64,000 nt of DNA, taken from the NCBI GenBank assembly GCA_036339735.1, contig JAYZAL010000077.1, forward strand, positions 49,810-113,809, written 5' to 3'. This DNA is from Candidatus Poribacteria bacterium. GTDB lineage: Bacteria; Poribacteria; WGA-4E; UBA9662. The notes below the pieces were generated by a model, which saw only the letters and a list, made by a program, of their open reading frames with translations, was not told where the DNA came from and did no database searches. This document shows, in pieces, positions 18,998 through 28,392 of this stretch; positions within the stretch are counted from its first letter, which is position 1, and the number at the start of each line of letters is the position of its first letter. A program made the translations under genes and the position numbers.

Positions 18998-20785
18998 TCA
19001 GCTAGTTTTTTGACTAAGATCACCAGCCCACAATTTCTGCATCTCAGAACTAGATTGCAATAAATCTTCTAAAGTACCCATTGCTTCGGCTTTTCCATCT
19101 TTCAGAACAAGGATTTTGTCAGCCCGCCGCAAGGCTGGTCGTCTGTGAGAAACAACCAAACAAGTAGCCGGCCGCTGATTTTTGTTTTTTGTATTAGCAA
19201 AGAGTCGCTCCCAGAGTTTTTGCTCTGTTTCGACATCTAAAGCCGAGGATAAGTCATCAAATATATAAAGCTCCGTTTGGCGCATGAACATACGAGCAGC
19301 TGCACTACGCTGCATTTGCCCACCCGACAGGATTACACCTCTAGGACCAACGATTGTATCCAATCCATTATGTAGGGTAGGCAAGTCATCTTCCATAACA
19401 CCTAATTGGATTGCTCTTTCTATGTCTGGAAGAGAATCGGGCATTCCCATCAATATGTTATCTTTTAAGGATTCACTAAACAGGCGTGGACTCTGAGGAG
19501 TATAGGCACATCGTGGTGGTATGAAAAAATCTTTGGGTTGAGTTATTACTTTTTGGTTCCAACTAATTTGACCAGCTTGAGTGGGTAGCATTCCTAATAA
19601 TGTTTTGAGCAGTGTGCTTTTGCCCGAACCAATTTGTCCTGTAATTACGGTAAAGGATCCGGCGGGTAGCTCCAAGTCTACATCTCTAATTCCATTAGAT
19701 GTGTTTGGGTATTGATAGGTTAAACCTTGAATACTCAGCAGTTCTAGGCGATCTGAAGGCTTCAGTTTGGAAACAGAAATTGCTGGCAAATCACCTGTGA
19801 GATAAATTGGTCCGTGCTCCACTAATTTGCTCGGAGTTAACTCCTCAGTGGTATTGACCATTCGTTCGAAGGACACCTCAGCTCGTTTATGTTGGGCTAT
19901 CAGTGAGCCAATCAAAGAACCACTTCGTGCGACAGAACCAACATAGGATATGAAGAGGTAAAAATCACCCACTGAGAACGATGATGAACGCATCTTTTCC
20001 ACTACCAAGACTAGAATTACACCAGTAAAAACTTGGCCGATATTGATATTGATAGACCTTAGTAAAGTATCGAACATATTGTCGATGATAGTCGATTTTC
20101 GTCGAGCCTCGTTCAATTCGGCATACGCATCGATCACATCTTGCTCAGCATTGTTAACTTTAATCGCCAATATAGATTGAAAAACTTCATTAATAAAATT
20201 GGTTGACCGTTCCGTTGCTTCTCTTTGTCTCCGACGATACTTTCCAATAAAACGCCGCGTTACATTGACAATTGTCACGATCATAATACCCGGTAGTACT
20301 GTAGCTAACATAATTTTCAGGTCAATCTTTGCCATCCAGTAGACAGCTAGGCCAACAAAAATCATGTTTCCCCATAGATGTATGTATTGCTCAAGGTAAA
20401 AAACAATCGTACGAGCATCGTCTCGAATACGATTTGTTACTTCCCCCGAAGAACTAGCTACCTGTTGTGGGTTAGGTATCTCCAAAACGGCCTGTATCAA
20501 ATTCTTTCGTAATAAGGTAAAAATCGAAAAAGCCCAACGAGTCCAAGGTAACATAGAAGATATTAAAATGCCTTGATTACCTAATTGGATGGCACAATAG
20601 AAGACAACGACAGTCCAAGCATTCAAACCTGTCCCACTGCTTTCTGATAACGCATCGAAAAATTGCTTCATCAATAAGCCAGTAATAAAAGGAACCAAGT
20701 CATCAATACCTCGAAGCAAAACGGTCAGTAAAAATAGCCCCGGTCGATATAAGAAAAGTTGCCAAGAAAGTTGTCTCGTGGTCAT
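18998..20785 (-). CDS. ABC exporter TMD+NBD subunit (degenerate Walker B)
   Basis: GQIGSGKST, LSGGQMQR, IFDDLSSALD, VSHR. Confidence 0.9.
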   Translation of the reverse strand: MTTRQLSWQLFLYRPGLFLLTVLLRGIDDLVPFITGLLMKQFFDALSESSGTGLNAWTVVVFYCAIQLGNQGILISSMLPWTRWAFSIFTLLRKNLIQAVLEIPNPQQVASSSGEVTNRIRDDARTIVFYLEQYIHLWGNMIFVGLAVYWMAKIDLKIMLATVLPGIMIVTIVNVTRRFIGKYRRRQREATERSTNFINEVFQSILAIKVNNAEQDVIDAYAELNEARRKSTIIDNMFDTLLRSININIGQVFTGVILVLVVEKMRSSSFSVGDFYLFISYVGSVARSGSLIGSLIAQHKRAEVSFERMVNTTEELTPSKLVEHGPIYLTGDLPAISVSKLKPSDRLELLSIQGLTYQYPNTSNGIRDVDLELPAGSFTVITGQIGSGKSTLLKTLLGMLPTQAGQISWNQKVITQPKDFFIPPRCAYTPQSPRLFSESLKDNILMGMPDSLPDIERAIQLGVMEDDLPTLHNGLDTIVGPRGVILSGGQMQRSAAARMFMRQTELYIFDDLSSALDVETEQKLWERLFANTKNKNQRPATCLVVSHRRPALRRADKILVLKDGKAEAMGTLEDLLQSSSEMQKLWAGDLSQKTS

Positions 20786-22659
20786 GTCAAGACTTCTCCT
20801 TGAGTTTCATTTATCGAACGAAAAAGGCTATTTTCAGTTTCTAATCCTGTTGCTAGGAGTTGCGAGAAGCGAGAGTTTGGATCATTAGCTAGTATTTGTC
20901 TTTGACCATGTTCTTGAATACGACCATCTTCTAAGATCATAATGTCATCGACTCTCTGGAGAGTACCCAATCGATGGGCTATTATAATACCTGTTCGATT
21001 AGCCAGCAGGCGTTGAACCGCAAAATCAACTCTCGCTTCTGTAGCTGGATCAAGCCGAGAAGACGGTTCATCTAAAACGACAATCGCTGGGTTTTTTAAG
21101 AAAATTCGGGTAAAAGCTAACAATTGGGCTTCACCCGCGGACAGACCTCCTCCACCAGCAGCCAAAACTGAATCAAGTCCGTTAGGTAATGATTTATACC
21201 ACTCTGTTAGACCAAGTTCTTCTATCACTGCTAGTAACTTACGGTCTTCAATTTGGTCATTGAATAAAGTCAGATTTTGACGAACTGTAGCATTAAATAA
21301 CTGTACGTTTTGTGTCACTAGACCGATATATCGACGCAAATCAGATACTTCTAACTGTTGAATAGATTTACCCGCGAGCCGAATTTGCCCCGAGTTAATA
21401 TCATATAGACGGAATAAGAGCCTGCTAATAGTCGTTTTTCCACTACCAGTTCGACCTAGCAAACCTAAAATTTTGCCTTCTTCCAACTCAAATGAAATAT
21501 TATCCAAAACAATTTCGTCGGGTACGTAGCGGAATGTAACTTGTTCAAAAGAAATTGCTGGTCTAGTATCATGAGAAACATTACGAGACAAAGATTGAGA
21601 ACCACTGATTAAACTAGACTTGGTTTGGAATAGCTCTTCGATTCGCTTCATACCTGCAGTAGCTCTTTGGAGTTCGTTAATTTGCTGACTAATCATATAA
21701 AGTGGAAATTCAAGCTGTCGCATATAATCGAGAATTAGTACAACTGCCCCCAAAGTAAAAGTTCCTCTTGTAAAAAGCCAAATGCAAACAGCCATTGCTA
21801 GGGTTTGTCCCAGGGCGAAGAGTCCTCGAGTTAGAGAGCGAAGGCATTCACCAATTACATCAGAACGAACATTTAGCTGAAAAACCTCTTGCACCACTCG
21901 GAAGAAACGGTTCATAGTATAAGACACACCACCGTTGGTGCGAATATCTTCAATTCCGCTGAGCCGCTCCTCGATAAACCCAAACATCTTTGCATATCCC
22001 TCTCGTTCTGCTGCATAGATTGGTACGGCGACCGAACGGGTTAAATGAAAAACGAACATGGCAACAACGGTAAAAGTAATCATTGCAAGACCGATTCTCC
22101 AATCTTCTCTCACAACGATCAACAAAATAAGTGTTAGCCGGAGGAGTCCACCAGCTACTTGTAGAATAAGGGCGGAAAAAAAACTGGCTAAAGTACTGGT
22201 ATCTCCATCCACACGTTCGACCATCTCACCAGGCGTTTTTTGATTGTGAAAGCTCATATCCAGTGACAGGCAATGCTGCGCTAAATCACCTCGCATCTGG
22301 TTGGTAGTTTTCCAGGCTACGTCCTGGGCTAAGTAATTGTGGATTAGTCGAACCAGTTGCCCCAAAATACTAACAGCAATAAACAAAGAGGCTGCTATTA
22401 TCAGTGGATCTTGTCCTAACACATTTGAGAGTGGAATTAAAAGTGGGCCTAAGGCATCTTTACTTTGATCTAGCTTGTTAGTAGCTGAGTCTATGAAAAA
22501 TCGAATAATCTGGGGTGAGAGTAAAGGTAAGGTATTGCTTAGCCCCATAAAAAAGGCCAAACCAACTAGGTGCCATTTAAGTGGCCGGAGATACTGTCTC
22601 AGTAGAGATGCGTATTCGCTGAAAGAAACACGTGCAATTTTTTGATCAGGAAGGTCCAA
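20782..22659 (-). CDS. ABC exporter TMD+NBD subunit (partner of 18998-20785)
   Basis: GRTGSGKT, LSAGEAQ, VLDEPSSRLD, IAHRL; ATGA overlap with its partner. Confidence 0.9.
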   Translation of the reverse strand: MDLPDQKIARVSFSEYASLLRQYLRPLKWHLVGLAFFMGLSNTLPLLSPQIIRFFIDSATNKLDQSKDALGPLLIPLSNVLGQDPLIIAASLFIAVSILGQLVRLIHNYLAQDVAWKTTNQMRGDLAQHCLSLDMSFHNQKTPGEMVERVDGDTSTLASFFSALILQVAGGLLRLTLILLIVVREDWRIGLAMITFTVVAMFVFHLTRSVAVPIYAAEREGYAKMFGFIEERLSGIEDIRTNGGVSYTMNRFFRVVQEVFQLNVRSDVIGECLRSLTRGLFALGQTLAMAVCIWLFTRGTFTLGAVVLILDYMRQLEFPLYMISQQINELQRATAGMKRIEELFQTKSSLISGSQSLSRNVSHDTRPAISFEQVTFRYVPDEIVLDNISFELEEGKILGLLGRTGSGKTTISRLLFRLYDINSGQIRLAGKSIQQLEVSDLRRYIGLVTQNVQLFNATVRQNLTLFNDQIEDRKLLAVIEELGLTEWYKSLPNGLDSVLAAGGGGLSAGEAQLLAFTRIFLKNPAIVVLDEPSSRLDPATEARVDFAVQRLLANRTGIIIAHRLGTLQRVDDIMILEDGRIQEHGQRQILANDPNSRFSQLLATGLETENSLFRSINETQGEVLT

Positions 22660-22663
22660 AATT

Positions 22664-23425
22664 TTAGTATAAAGTTATAAGGTTTTTTAGTGGGCTGGTA
22701 GGGTCTAAGAGTTGTTTTTTTTCATATTCGGGGCTGATCCATCTAGCACCAGATGGTCTGCCTGGATTTCGATAAGCATAAACCACAGTCCAACGAGTGA
22801 TACTTGATTCTCGCCTAGGTGTTACGGCATGTGCGGCATGTGTCCAAACTAGGATCACAGTGCCTGGCAACACCGATAGCTGCTCAATAGATAAGGGCTG
22901 ACCGGTTATCGGGTGATGTTTATCTTCCATCCATCCGGTTTTGAGTTCTGAATCAGACCGTGCCTGAATTCGAGCATCACGAAAAAGATGGCTACCCGGC
23001 ACAACTTTCAGTCCACCATCATCCACCTTAAATCCATTAACGTAAAAAAAAATGCGAACAAATCCCAAATTGGGATTATCTTCGGCGTAGCCGTGACTAT
23101 GCCAACCGATGCCACTATTTCCGCCAGGGCGGTTGAGGCTAACACAATGATCATAACGAATTTCTTCACCTAAGACTTTCACTACTAAATCAAGCATTTG
23201 AGGATGCGTTATGATTCCTTCCAGATAGGAATCATATTCAGCTGAAAAACGGTTAGGCTCATGCCCCTTTATAGCATCTAAAGAGTGAATGTGTTCTAGG
23301 GATTGGGTTAATTTCTCTTGTGCTGAACTGGTCAGTAAGCCTGGATAAACTAAGTGGCCGTCGTTATCCATTTGCTCGCGCTCAGCTTCGGTAAATTGAT
23401 AGGTGCGAAATAACTGGTGAGTCAA
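22664..23425 (-). CDS. Phytanoyl-CoA dioxygenase (PhyH)-family Fe/2OG protein
   Basis: GWHSH, GGLKVVPGSH, PGTVILVWTHAAHAV. Confidence 0.8.
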   Translation of the reverse strand: MTHQLFRTYQFTEAEREQMDNDGHLVYPGLLTSSAQEKLTQSLEHIHSLDAIKGHEPNRFSAEYDSYLEGIITHPQMLDLVVKVLGEEIRYDHCVSLNRPGGNSGIGWHSHGYAEDNPNLGFVRIFFYVNGFKVDDGGLKVVPGSHLFRDARIQARSDSELKTGWMEDKHHPITGQPLSIEQLSVLPGTVILVWTHAAHAVTPRRESSITRWTVVYAYRNPGRPSGARWISPEYEKKQLLDPTSPLKNLITLY

Positions 23426-23452
23426 AAATCTGCGCTGCCAAATAACCCGACT

Positions 23453-23480
23453 ATCATAACATGCTATCTGATTGTGTCAA
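23453..23480 (-). promoter_or_regulatory. Sigma70 promoter of the PhyH-ABC-ABC genes
   Basis: TTGACA-16 bp-TATGAT with TGn extension. Confidence 0.6.
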
Positions 23481-23514
23481 GTCAAAACCTATGGTGTGCT
23501 CTTACCGTTCGTAT

Positions 23515-24024
23515 CTATTGTTCTTTTAAATCCTTGTGATAGCGTTCATCTTGAGCTTTAAGTCTTCGCTTGAAGGCTGTCATGTTTGTCCCTCGTTCTC
23601 CGGACCAACCGTCAGATATAGACCAAACCCAAATCAAAACCACCTGCAAAAAACCTGTAATCTTAATTATCCAATTAGGTTTATACATTAGTTTTTGCTC
23701 TTCGTGTTCAAATAGTTCTTGGTGTGGTTTTTGCTCAATGCCTTCGGCCGTCTGCTTCAATTTATCTAGATCAATGTTGAAACCTTCTTCGTTTTTTTGT
23801 GATTCTATTATTGTTTGAGCTTCGTCAAATCTTATTAAATCTCGCCAACTAGTCAATGGTAACGAATTCAGATACACTAATAGAGCTCCCAAACTCACAC
23901 CCAAAAAATATAGAAACCCTTTGGCTGGTGTCCTAAGATAGACTTGGCCCAATCCAGGCAACAAAAGAGATAGGAAAGCCGCTAAAAAAGAATTTGTTGG
24001 TTGTTTTTTTTTATGTAAAGCCAT
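23515..24024 (-). CDS. Hypothetical membrane protein
   Basis: AAFLSLLLPGLGQVYL motif and three TM segments. Confidence 0.7.
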   Translation of the reverse strand: MALHKKKQPTNSFLAAFLSLLLPGLGQVYLRTPAKGFLYFLGVSLGALLVYLNSLPLTSWRDLIRFDEAQTIIESQKNEEGFNIDLDKLKQTAEGIEQKPHQELFEHEEQKLMYKPNWIIKITGFLQVVLIWVWSISDGWSGERGTNMTAFKRRLKAQDERYHKDLKEQ

Positions 24025-24031
24025 ATTTTAA

Positions 24032-24409
24032 CTAATCTCCAAACTCTCCCCTCGAAACGAGGTAGACACCAATACAGATTACAAAGCCGCCCAAGACACG
24101 AAGTTTGGGTACATTTTCTTTGAAAATCAGCCAAGAAAACAATATTGTAAAAACGTAGCCCAAGCTTATCATTGGATAAGCTACACTCAACTTAACACGA
24201 GATAGAATGACCAGCCAAATCAGTGTTGTTGAGCCATAGACACCGATACCACCAATAACGAATGGATTACTCAAGGCGTGAAATACCTTGGTAACGACTT
24301 CTGATAAGTCTCCTTCGATTTTTCCGACCTGATTCATTCCTTGTTTTAGTAGAAGTTGGCCAATTACCGAAAGGATAACATTACAAAATATGAGAAAGAA
24401 ATTCTTCAT
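24032..24409 (-). CDS. EamA/SMR-type small transporter (ArnE/ArnF-like flippase subunit)
   Basis: GQLLLKQG, LSRVKLSVAYPMISLGYV, four TM helices. Confidence 0.8.
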   Translation of the reverse strand: MKNFFLIFCNVILSVIGQLLLKQGMNQVGKIEGDLSEVVTKVFHALSNPFVIGGIGVYGSTTLIWLVILSRVKLSVAYPMISLGYVFTILFSWLIFKENVPKLRVLGGFVICIGVYLVSRGEFGD

Positions 24410-24415
24410 TTTTAT

Positions 24416-25438
24416 CTAATCCTGACATTTGATAATTTCTTTAATGACATAGATTGGTTTGTTTTGCGATTCATAGTATGTTCGAACGAGTAATTCACCA
24501 ATCAGACCAACAGATATAAGTTGGACACCTGTCAGTAGTAACAATACACCTAATACCAACATCGGCATTCGTTCGACCAAACTTGTTTCAGAAAATAAGA
24601 ACGATAGCCACCCATGGCTAACTCCAGATGGAAATAGAAGTTTGCCAATTGATAAATATCCACATACGAAGAAGCCTACCAAAAAAGACAGCAAGCCTAT
24701 CAAACCAAAACTTTGTATTGGCCGAGTAGAGTAGTTCATCAAAAACTTAATCATAATTAGGTCTAAGAGCACACGTATTGTACGAGAAATACCGTATTTT
24801 GATTGACCTCTGGTACGTGGGTGGTGTTCGACTTGTATTTCAGTAATTTTAGCTCCAATCTGATGACCTAAAACTGGAATAAATCGATGCAGTTCACCAT
24901 ATAGATTGATATTTTCAATTACTTCACGTCGATAGGCTTTGAGAGTACAGCCCAAATCATGTAATTTGACACCTGTCATTTTTGCAATCAGCCGATTGGC
25001 TAAAATAGAGGGGAGTCTTCGTAAAATGAAACCATCTCTTCGTTTAGATCGCCAACCACTGACTATATCGTAGCCTTCATCTAGTTTGTCTAGTAAACGG
25101 CCGATGTCATTTGGGTCATTTTGTAGATCAGCATCGATCGGGATAATCACAGCGCCTTCAGCCAAATCGAAACCAGCACTCATAGCCGCAGTTTGACCGA
25201 AATTACGACGAAACCGTACTACTTGAACTTTGGGGTCATTTAACGATATCTGCTTCAGGATATCAAAACTTTGATCTGTGCTACCATCATCGACGAAAAT
25301 AATCTGGTAGCTCTTTTTTAGTTTCTCTAAAGACCTGTCAAGCTTTTGGTAAAGTTCAGGCAGGTTCTCAGCTTCGTTTAATAAAGGAACAACAATTGAA
25401 ATTTCCAGTTTAGCTGTTTGTGTGATCTCAGTTGACAT
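24416..25438 (-). CDS. GT2 polyprenyl-phosphate glycosyltransferase (ArnC/GtrB-like)
   Basis: VDDGSTD, RRNFGQTAA, DADLQNDP, YGELHRFIP, two C-terminal TM helices. Confidence 0.9.
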   Translation of the reverse strand: MSTEITQTAKLEISIVVPLLNEAENLPELYQKLDRSLEKLKKSYQIIFVDDGSTDQSFDILKQISLNDPKVQVVRFRRNFGQTAAMSAGFDLAEGAVIIPIDADLQNDPNDIGRLLDKLDEGYDIVSGWRSKRRDGFILRRLPSILANRLIAKMTGVKLHDLGCTLKAYRREVIENINLYGELHRFIPVLGHQIGAKITEIQVEHHPRTRGQSKYGISRTIRVLLDLIMIKFLMNYSTRPIQSFGLIGLLSFLVGFFVCGYLSIGKLLFPSGVSHGWLSFLFSETSLVERMPMLVLGVLLLLTGVQLISVGLIGELLVRTYYESQNKPIYVIKEIIKCQD

Positions 25439-25461
25439 TAGTGTTTTGCATATTATAGAAT
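25432..25461 (+). promoter_or_regulatory. Putative sigma70 promoter of the Fe-S carrier gene
   Basis: TTGACA-18 bp-TAGAAT, overlapping the start codon of the divergent GT2 gene. Confidence 0.5.
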
Positions 25462-25485
25462 AAAAAAAATAGCGGAGCGTGAAAT

Positions 25486-25815
25486 ATGGTCGTGGTTACA
25501 GAATCAGCGGCTAAGAAAGCTGTAATTTTAATGGAAAATGAACGGCCCGAATCAGATAAAGAATTTGGGTTGCGTATGAAAGTAATCGGCGGTGGATGTT
25601 CCGGTTTTCAATACGAACTCGGTTTTGATGAACAACGCAATGGCGACCGTGTAATCGATAAAGACGGATTAAAAGTATTTGTCGATCCACGAAGCATCCT
25701 GTACTTGGCCGGATCGACATTAGACTACAAGGACGGTTTGATGGAATCTGGATTCAAAATTGAAAATCCCAATGCCAACTCCACTTGTGGTTGTGGCGAA
25801 TCTTTTAGCGTTTAA
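25486..25815 (+). CDS. A-type Fe-S cluster carrier (IscA/ErpA/HesB family)
   Basis: GGGCSGFQY and NPNANSTCGCGESF. Confidence 0.95.
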   Translation: MVVVTESAAKKAVILMENERPESDKEFGLRMKVIGGGCSGFQYELGFDEQRNGDRVIDKDGLKVFVDPRSILYLAGSTLDYKDGLMESGFKIENPNANSTCGCGESFSV

Positions 25816-26132
25816 CCTACATTTTCTCTAACCCAGTTTAGGTAATCCACATTTCCACTGATTATTGGTAATACCGTTACCTCGCAAACATCGTAGCTGT
25901 GTAACCGGCGGATGGTCTCTGTCAAGGACCCGACCATTTGCCGGGTGGTTTTTATGATCAGCTTGGACTCAGTTGCTGATTCGATGGCCTCCTGCCATCG
26001 ATAAACCGAGTGTACCGTTGGTATAATGTTGACGCAGGCGGCCAACTTCTCTTCTACGACTTTTTCGGCAATCTTTTTGGCCTCTGCTAGGTCACTAGTG
26101 GCCACGAAGGCGACCACGCAGTCTGATACCAT
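25812..26132 (-). CDS. cutA: Divalent-cation tolerance protein CutA
   Basis: LAACVNI, SVYRW, HSYDVCE, YLNWV. Confidence 0.93.
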   Translation of the reverse strand: MVSDCVVAFVATSDLAEAKKIAEKVVEEKLAACVNIIPTVHSVYRWQEAIESATESKLIIKTTRQMVGSLTETIRRLHSYDVCEVTVLPIISGNVDYLNWVRENVG

Positions 26133-26155
26133 TCTCTTTTTCCTTTCTGCTGTTT

Positions 26156-27355
26156 TTAAATGGTTAATCGAATATAAAACTTATTTTGCCCATAGCACAA
26201 ATCAACTCGGACTAATAGTAATTGTCGATCAATCCATGTCACCGACAAAGCATCTGTCTCCATGAGTCTCAAACCAATATGATCTCCCCAAATTGCAAAA
26301 CCGAATGGCATATTTTTGGCCGACTCAATTTCAATACTCATCCTCAATTCTAATCGACTACGCGAAGATTTGAAATCAATAATTGGTGGGATTTCGGATT
26401 CTTTTCCATCAAGTGAGCCAATTGGCGGTGAAATATAGTTATAGATTTCAACTGGCTCGGTTTGGCTAGAATCAAAGACTAACTGACAATTATCATCGTA
26501 GTAAAATAATCTAGATTGGTCTAAAAAGCAAGTCGGTGGAGTAACAGTGGGGTTGGTAGTTCGAAAATCATCGACTAAATGCCCTAGGGGTTGGATATTG
26601 ATAATTTCTTTCTGACTCAGACGAGCCAGAAATTCAGTCAAGAGATCCAACTGAGTGCCAACGCAATTGGCTAATCGTGTTACATCAGCTGTAAAAATCA
26701 GACTTGGGTTGGTATTAAGTTGATGATGAAAATTGAGATTATACAAGTGACGATCTAAATATTCATGGCAACGACCTTCGAGAACCATTTCTACTAAGCA
26801 GTCAGTGGTTGGTATGCCGACTACTGATCGATGAGGTTGATTCGCAAAATTGTGTCGTTCTTCTGAAGGATAAAAAAAGTCAAATGGACAGCCCATGTCC
26901 TTTCCACCTGCGTGATAGCCAGCGAGAGCATAAAACCCTGTACTTTCTAGTGCTTCAACTAAAATATGATTAATCGTTCCAGTTGTACTAGCGGTGTGAA
27001 GATTACCATCAGGAAAAACTTTTTGCAGTCGGTCCTTCTCTTTGGAAATATGGGTGAGTAGTTTGTTCCTAGAGGTAACAATCTGGTCTGCTCGGTTTAG
27101 ATCAACTTTATCCAAGTGGTTTGTATCAATAGCCAACACAATATCATCATTGAACTCAGTACGATAATTTGTTAGTTCTTTTTTGTAGGAATTAGCCAAA
27201 GTAGGCAAAAGTGCCCAGGATATCGGCAACTCACATTGATGGGCTATACTAGCCAGTAAATGTATTCCTTCCCGTGCTGATTTTTTATCATTTGCTGTTT
27301 CTTGATTCAAATGTACAATCAAGGCACAATTTAGCCGAGGTGTAGTTTCAGACAT
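26156..27355 (-). CDS. Hypothetical protein, possibly deacetylase-like barrel (DUF3863-like)
   Basis: Long ORF. PISWAL and GCPFDFFYPS motifs recall that family from memory only. Confidence 0.55.
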   Translation of the reverse strand: MSETTPRLNCALIVHLNQETANDKKSAREGIHLLASIAHQCELPISWALLPTLANSYKKELTNYRTEFNDDIVLAIDTNHLDKVDLNRADQIVTSRNKLLTHISKEKDRLQKVFPDGNLHTASTTGTINHILVEALESTGFYALAGYHAGGKDMGCPFDFFYPSEERHNFANQPHRSVVGIPTTDCLVEMVLEGRCHEYLDRHLYNLNFHHQLNTNPSLIFTADVTRLANCVGTQLDLLTEFLARLSQKEIINIQPLGHLVDDFRTTNPTVTPPTCFLDQSRLFYYDDNCQLVFDSSQTEPVEIYNYISPPIGSLDGKESEIPPIIDFKSSRSRLELRMSIEIESAKNMPFGFAIWGDHIGLRLMETDALSVTWIDRQLLLVRVDLCYGQNKFYIRLTI

Positions 27356-27369
27356 CTATTTCTGTACCT

Positions 27370-28380
27370 TCAGGATTGACTGCTTAGGTACTGAGACAAG
27401 TGGATTGTAGTGCCATTCTGCCGAGCTGATTCCCATCCGGCCAAAACAGGAGCAAGAGAAAGGATTCCATCAGAGTAGTCGCTCATCAATTTTTGGGGCT
27501 GTTCAGTAGCAACCGCTGAAATAAAGGCTTGATCTTGAGCCAACCAAGGGTCAAAATCGCTTGCAGTATAAATGGTTTCCCGGTTTACTTCAATTCGATC
27601 ATAACCATAAACTGATAGATACCCCCCCTCGAAAAAGATACGGAATCTGGGAACATCAGCCGGTGATTGTGGTGTAGTTGATAGAAATGTTGATGTCATG
27701 GTAGCACCAGTAGAAAATAGGTAATGGAATGAGCAAGATAGAGGCGTTTGGTACTTATTATCCATATGATAAAACGCTTGAGCTGAAACTATATCCAAGT
27801 CAGTCATAAACCTCATATAGTCAACGGCATGACATCCCCAGTCGAAGGCAGAAAATCCACCTTTTTCATAATTGGCCTGCCAACTATCGTTATTATGATG
27901 TTGTAAGCGAGGTAAACCACCAAAACTACTAAATTGAGAATGTACAATCTTCTTGTCGGACAAAAAGGACCTAGCGTGCTGATAGATCGGACGATAACGT
28001 TCCCGAAAACCAACAGTACTAATTACGCCTGACTCAATGATTGCGTGATCAATTCGTTGCGCTAAACTGAGGTCTATAGCTTGTGGTTTTTCACTAAAAA
28101 GGTGCTTCCCTTGTTTTGCGGCGGTAATTTCGACATCTGTACGTGCATATGCAGGCACAATAGAATACAGCGCATCGAAGTCTACTTCCGTTAACATTCG
28201 ATGACCATCGGTGAAAACATGGGGAATTTGAAAGGTTTCAGCCGTTGATTTAGCTAATGTCAAGTTGATATCACAGACAGCTACTACTTCAGCCAACTCA
28301 ATTTGCATTAAGTTGGGCAAATGCGTTTTGTTAGCGAAATCACCGGTTCCATAAATGGCTACTTTGACTTTTCGACTCAT
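27370..28380 (-). CDS. Gfo/Idh/MocA oxidoreductase
   Basis: VAIYGTG, HLFSEKP, VGFRERY, DWGCHAVD. Confidence 0.9.
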   Translation of the reverse strand: MSRKVKVAIYGTGDFANKTHLPNLMQIELAEVVAVCDINLTLAKSTAETFQIPHVFTDGHRMLTEVDFDALYSIVPAYARTDVEITAAKQGKHLFSEKPQAIDLSLAQRIDHAIIESGVISTVGFRERYRPIYQHARSFLSDKKIVHSQFSSFGGLPRLQHHNNDSWQANYEKGGFSAFDWGCHAVDYMRFMTDLDIVSAQAFYHMDNKYQTPLSCSFHYLFSTGATMTSTFLSTTPQSPADVPRFRIFFEGGYLSVYGYDRIEVNRETIYTASDFDPWLAQDQAFISAVATEQPQKLMSDYSDGILSLAPVLAGWESARQNGTTIHLSQYLSSQS

Positions 28381-28392
28381 TAGTCTTAAAAC

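Noticed and set aside
25486-25815. HesB-like selenoprotein
   Set aside because: All three conserved positions are Cys codons; there is no in-frame TGA.
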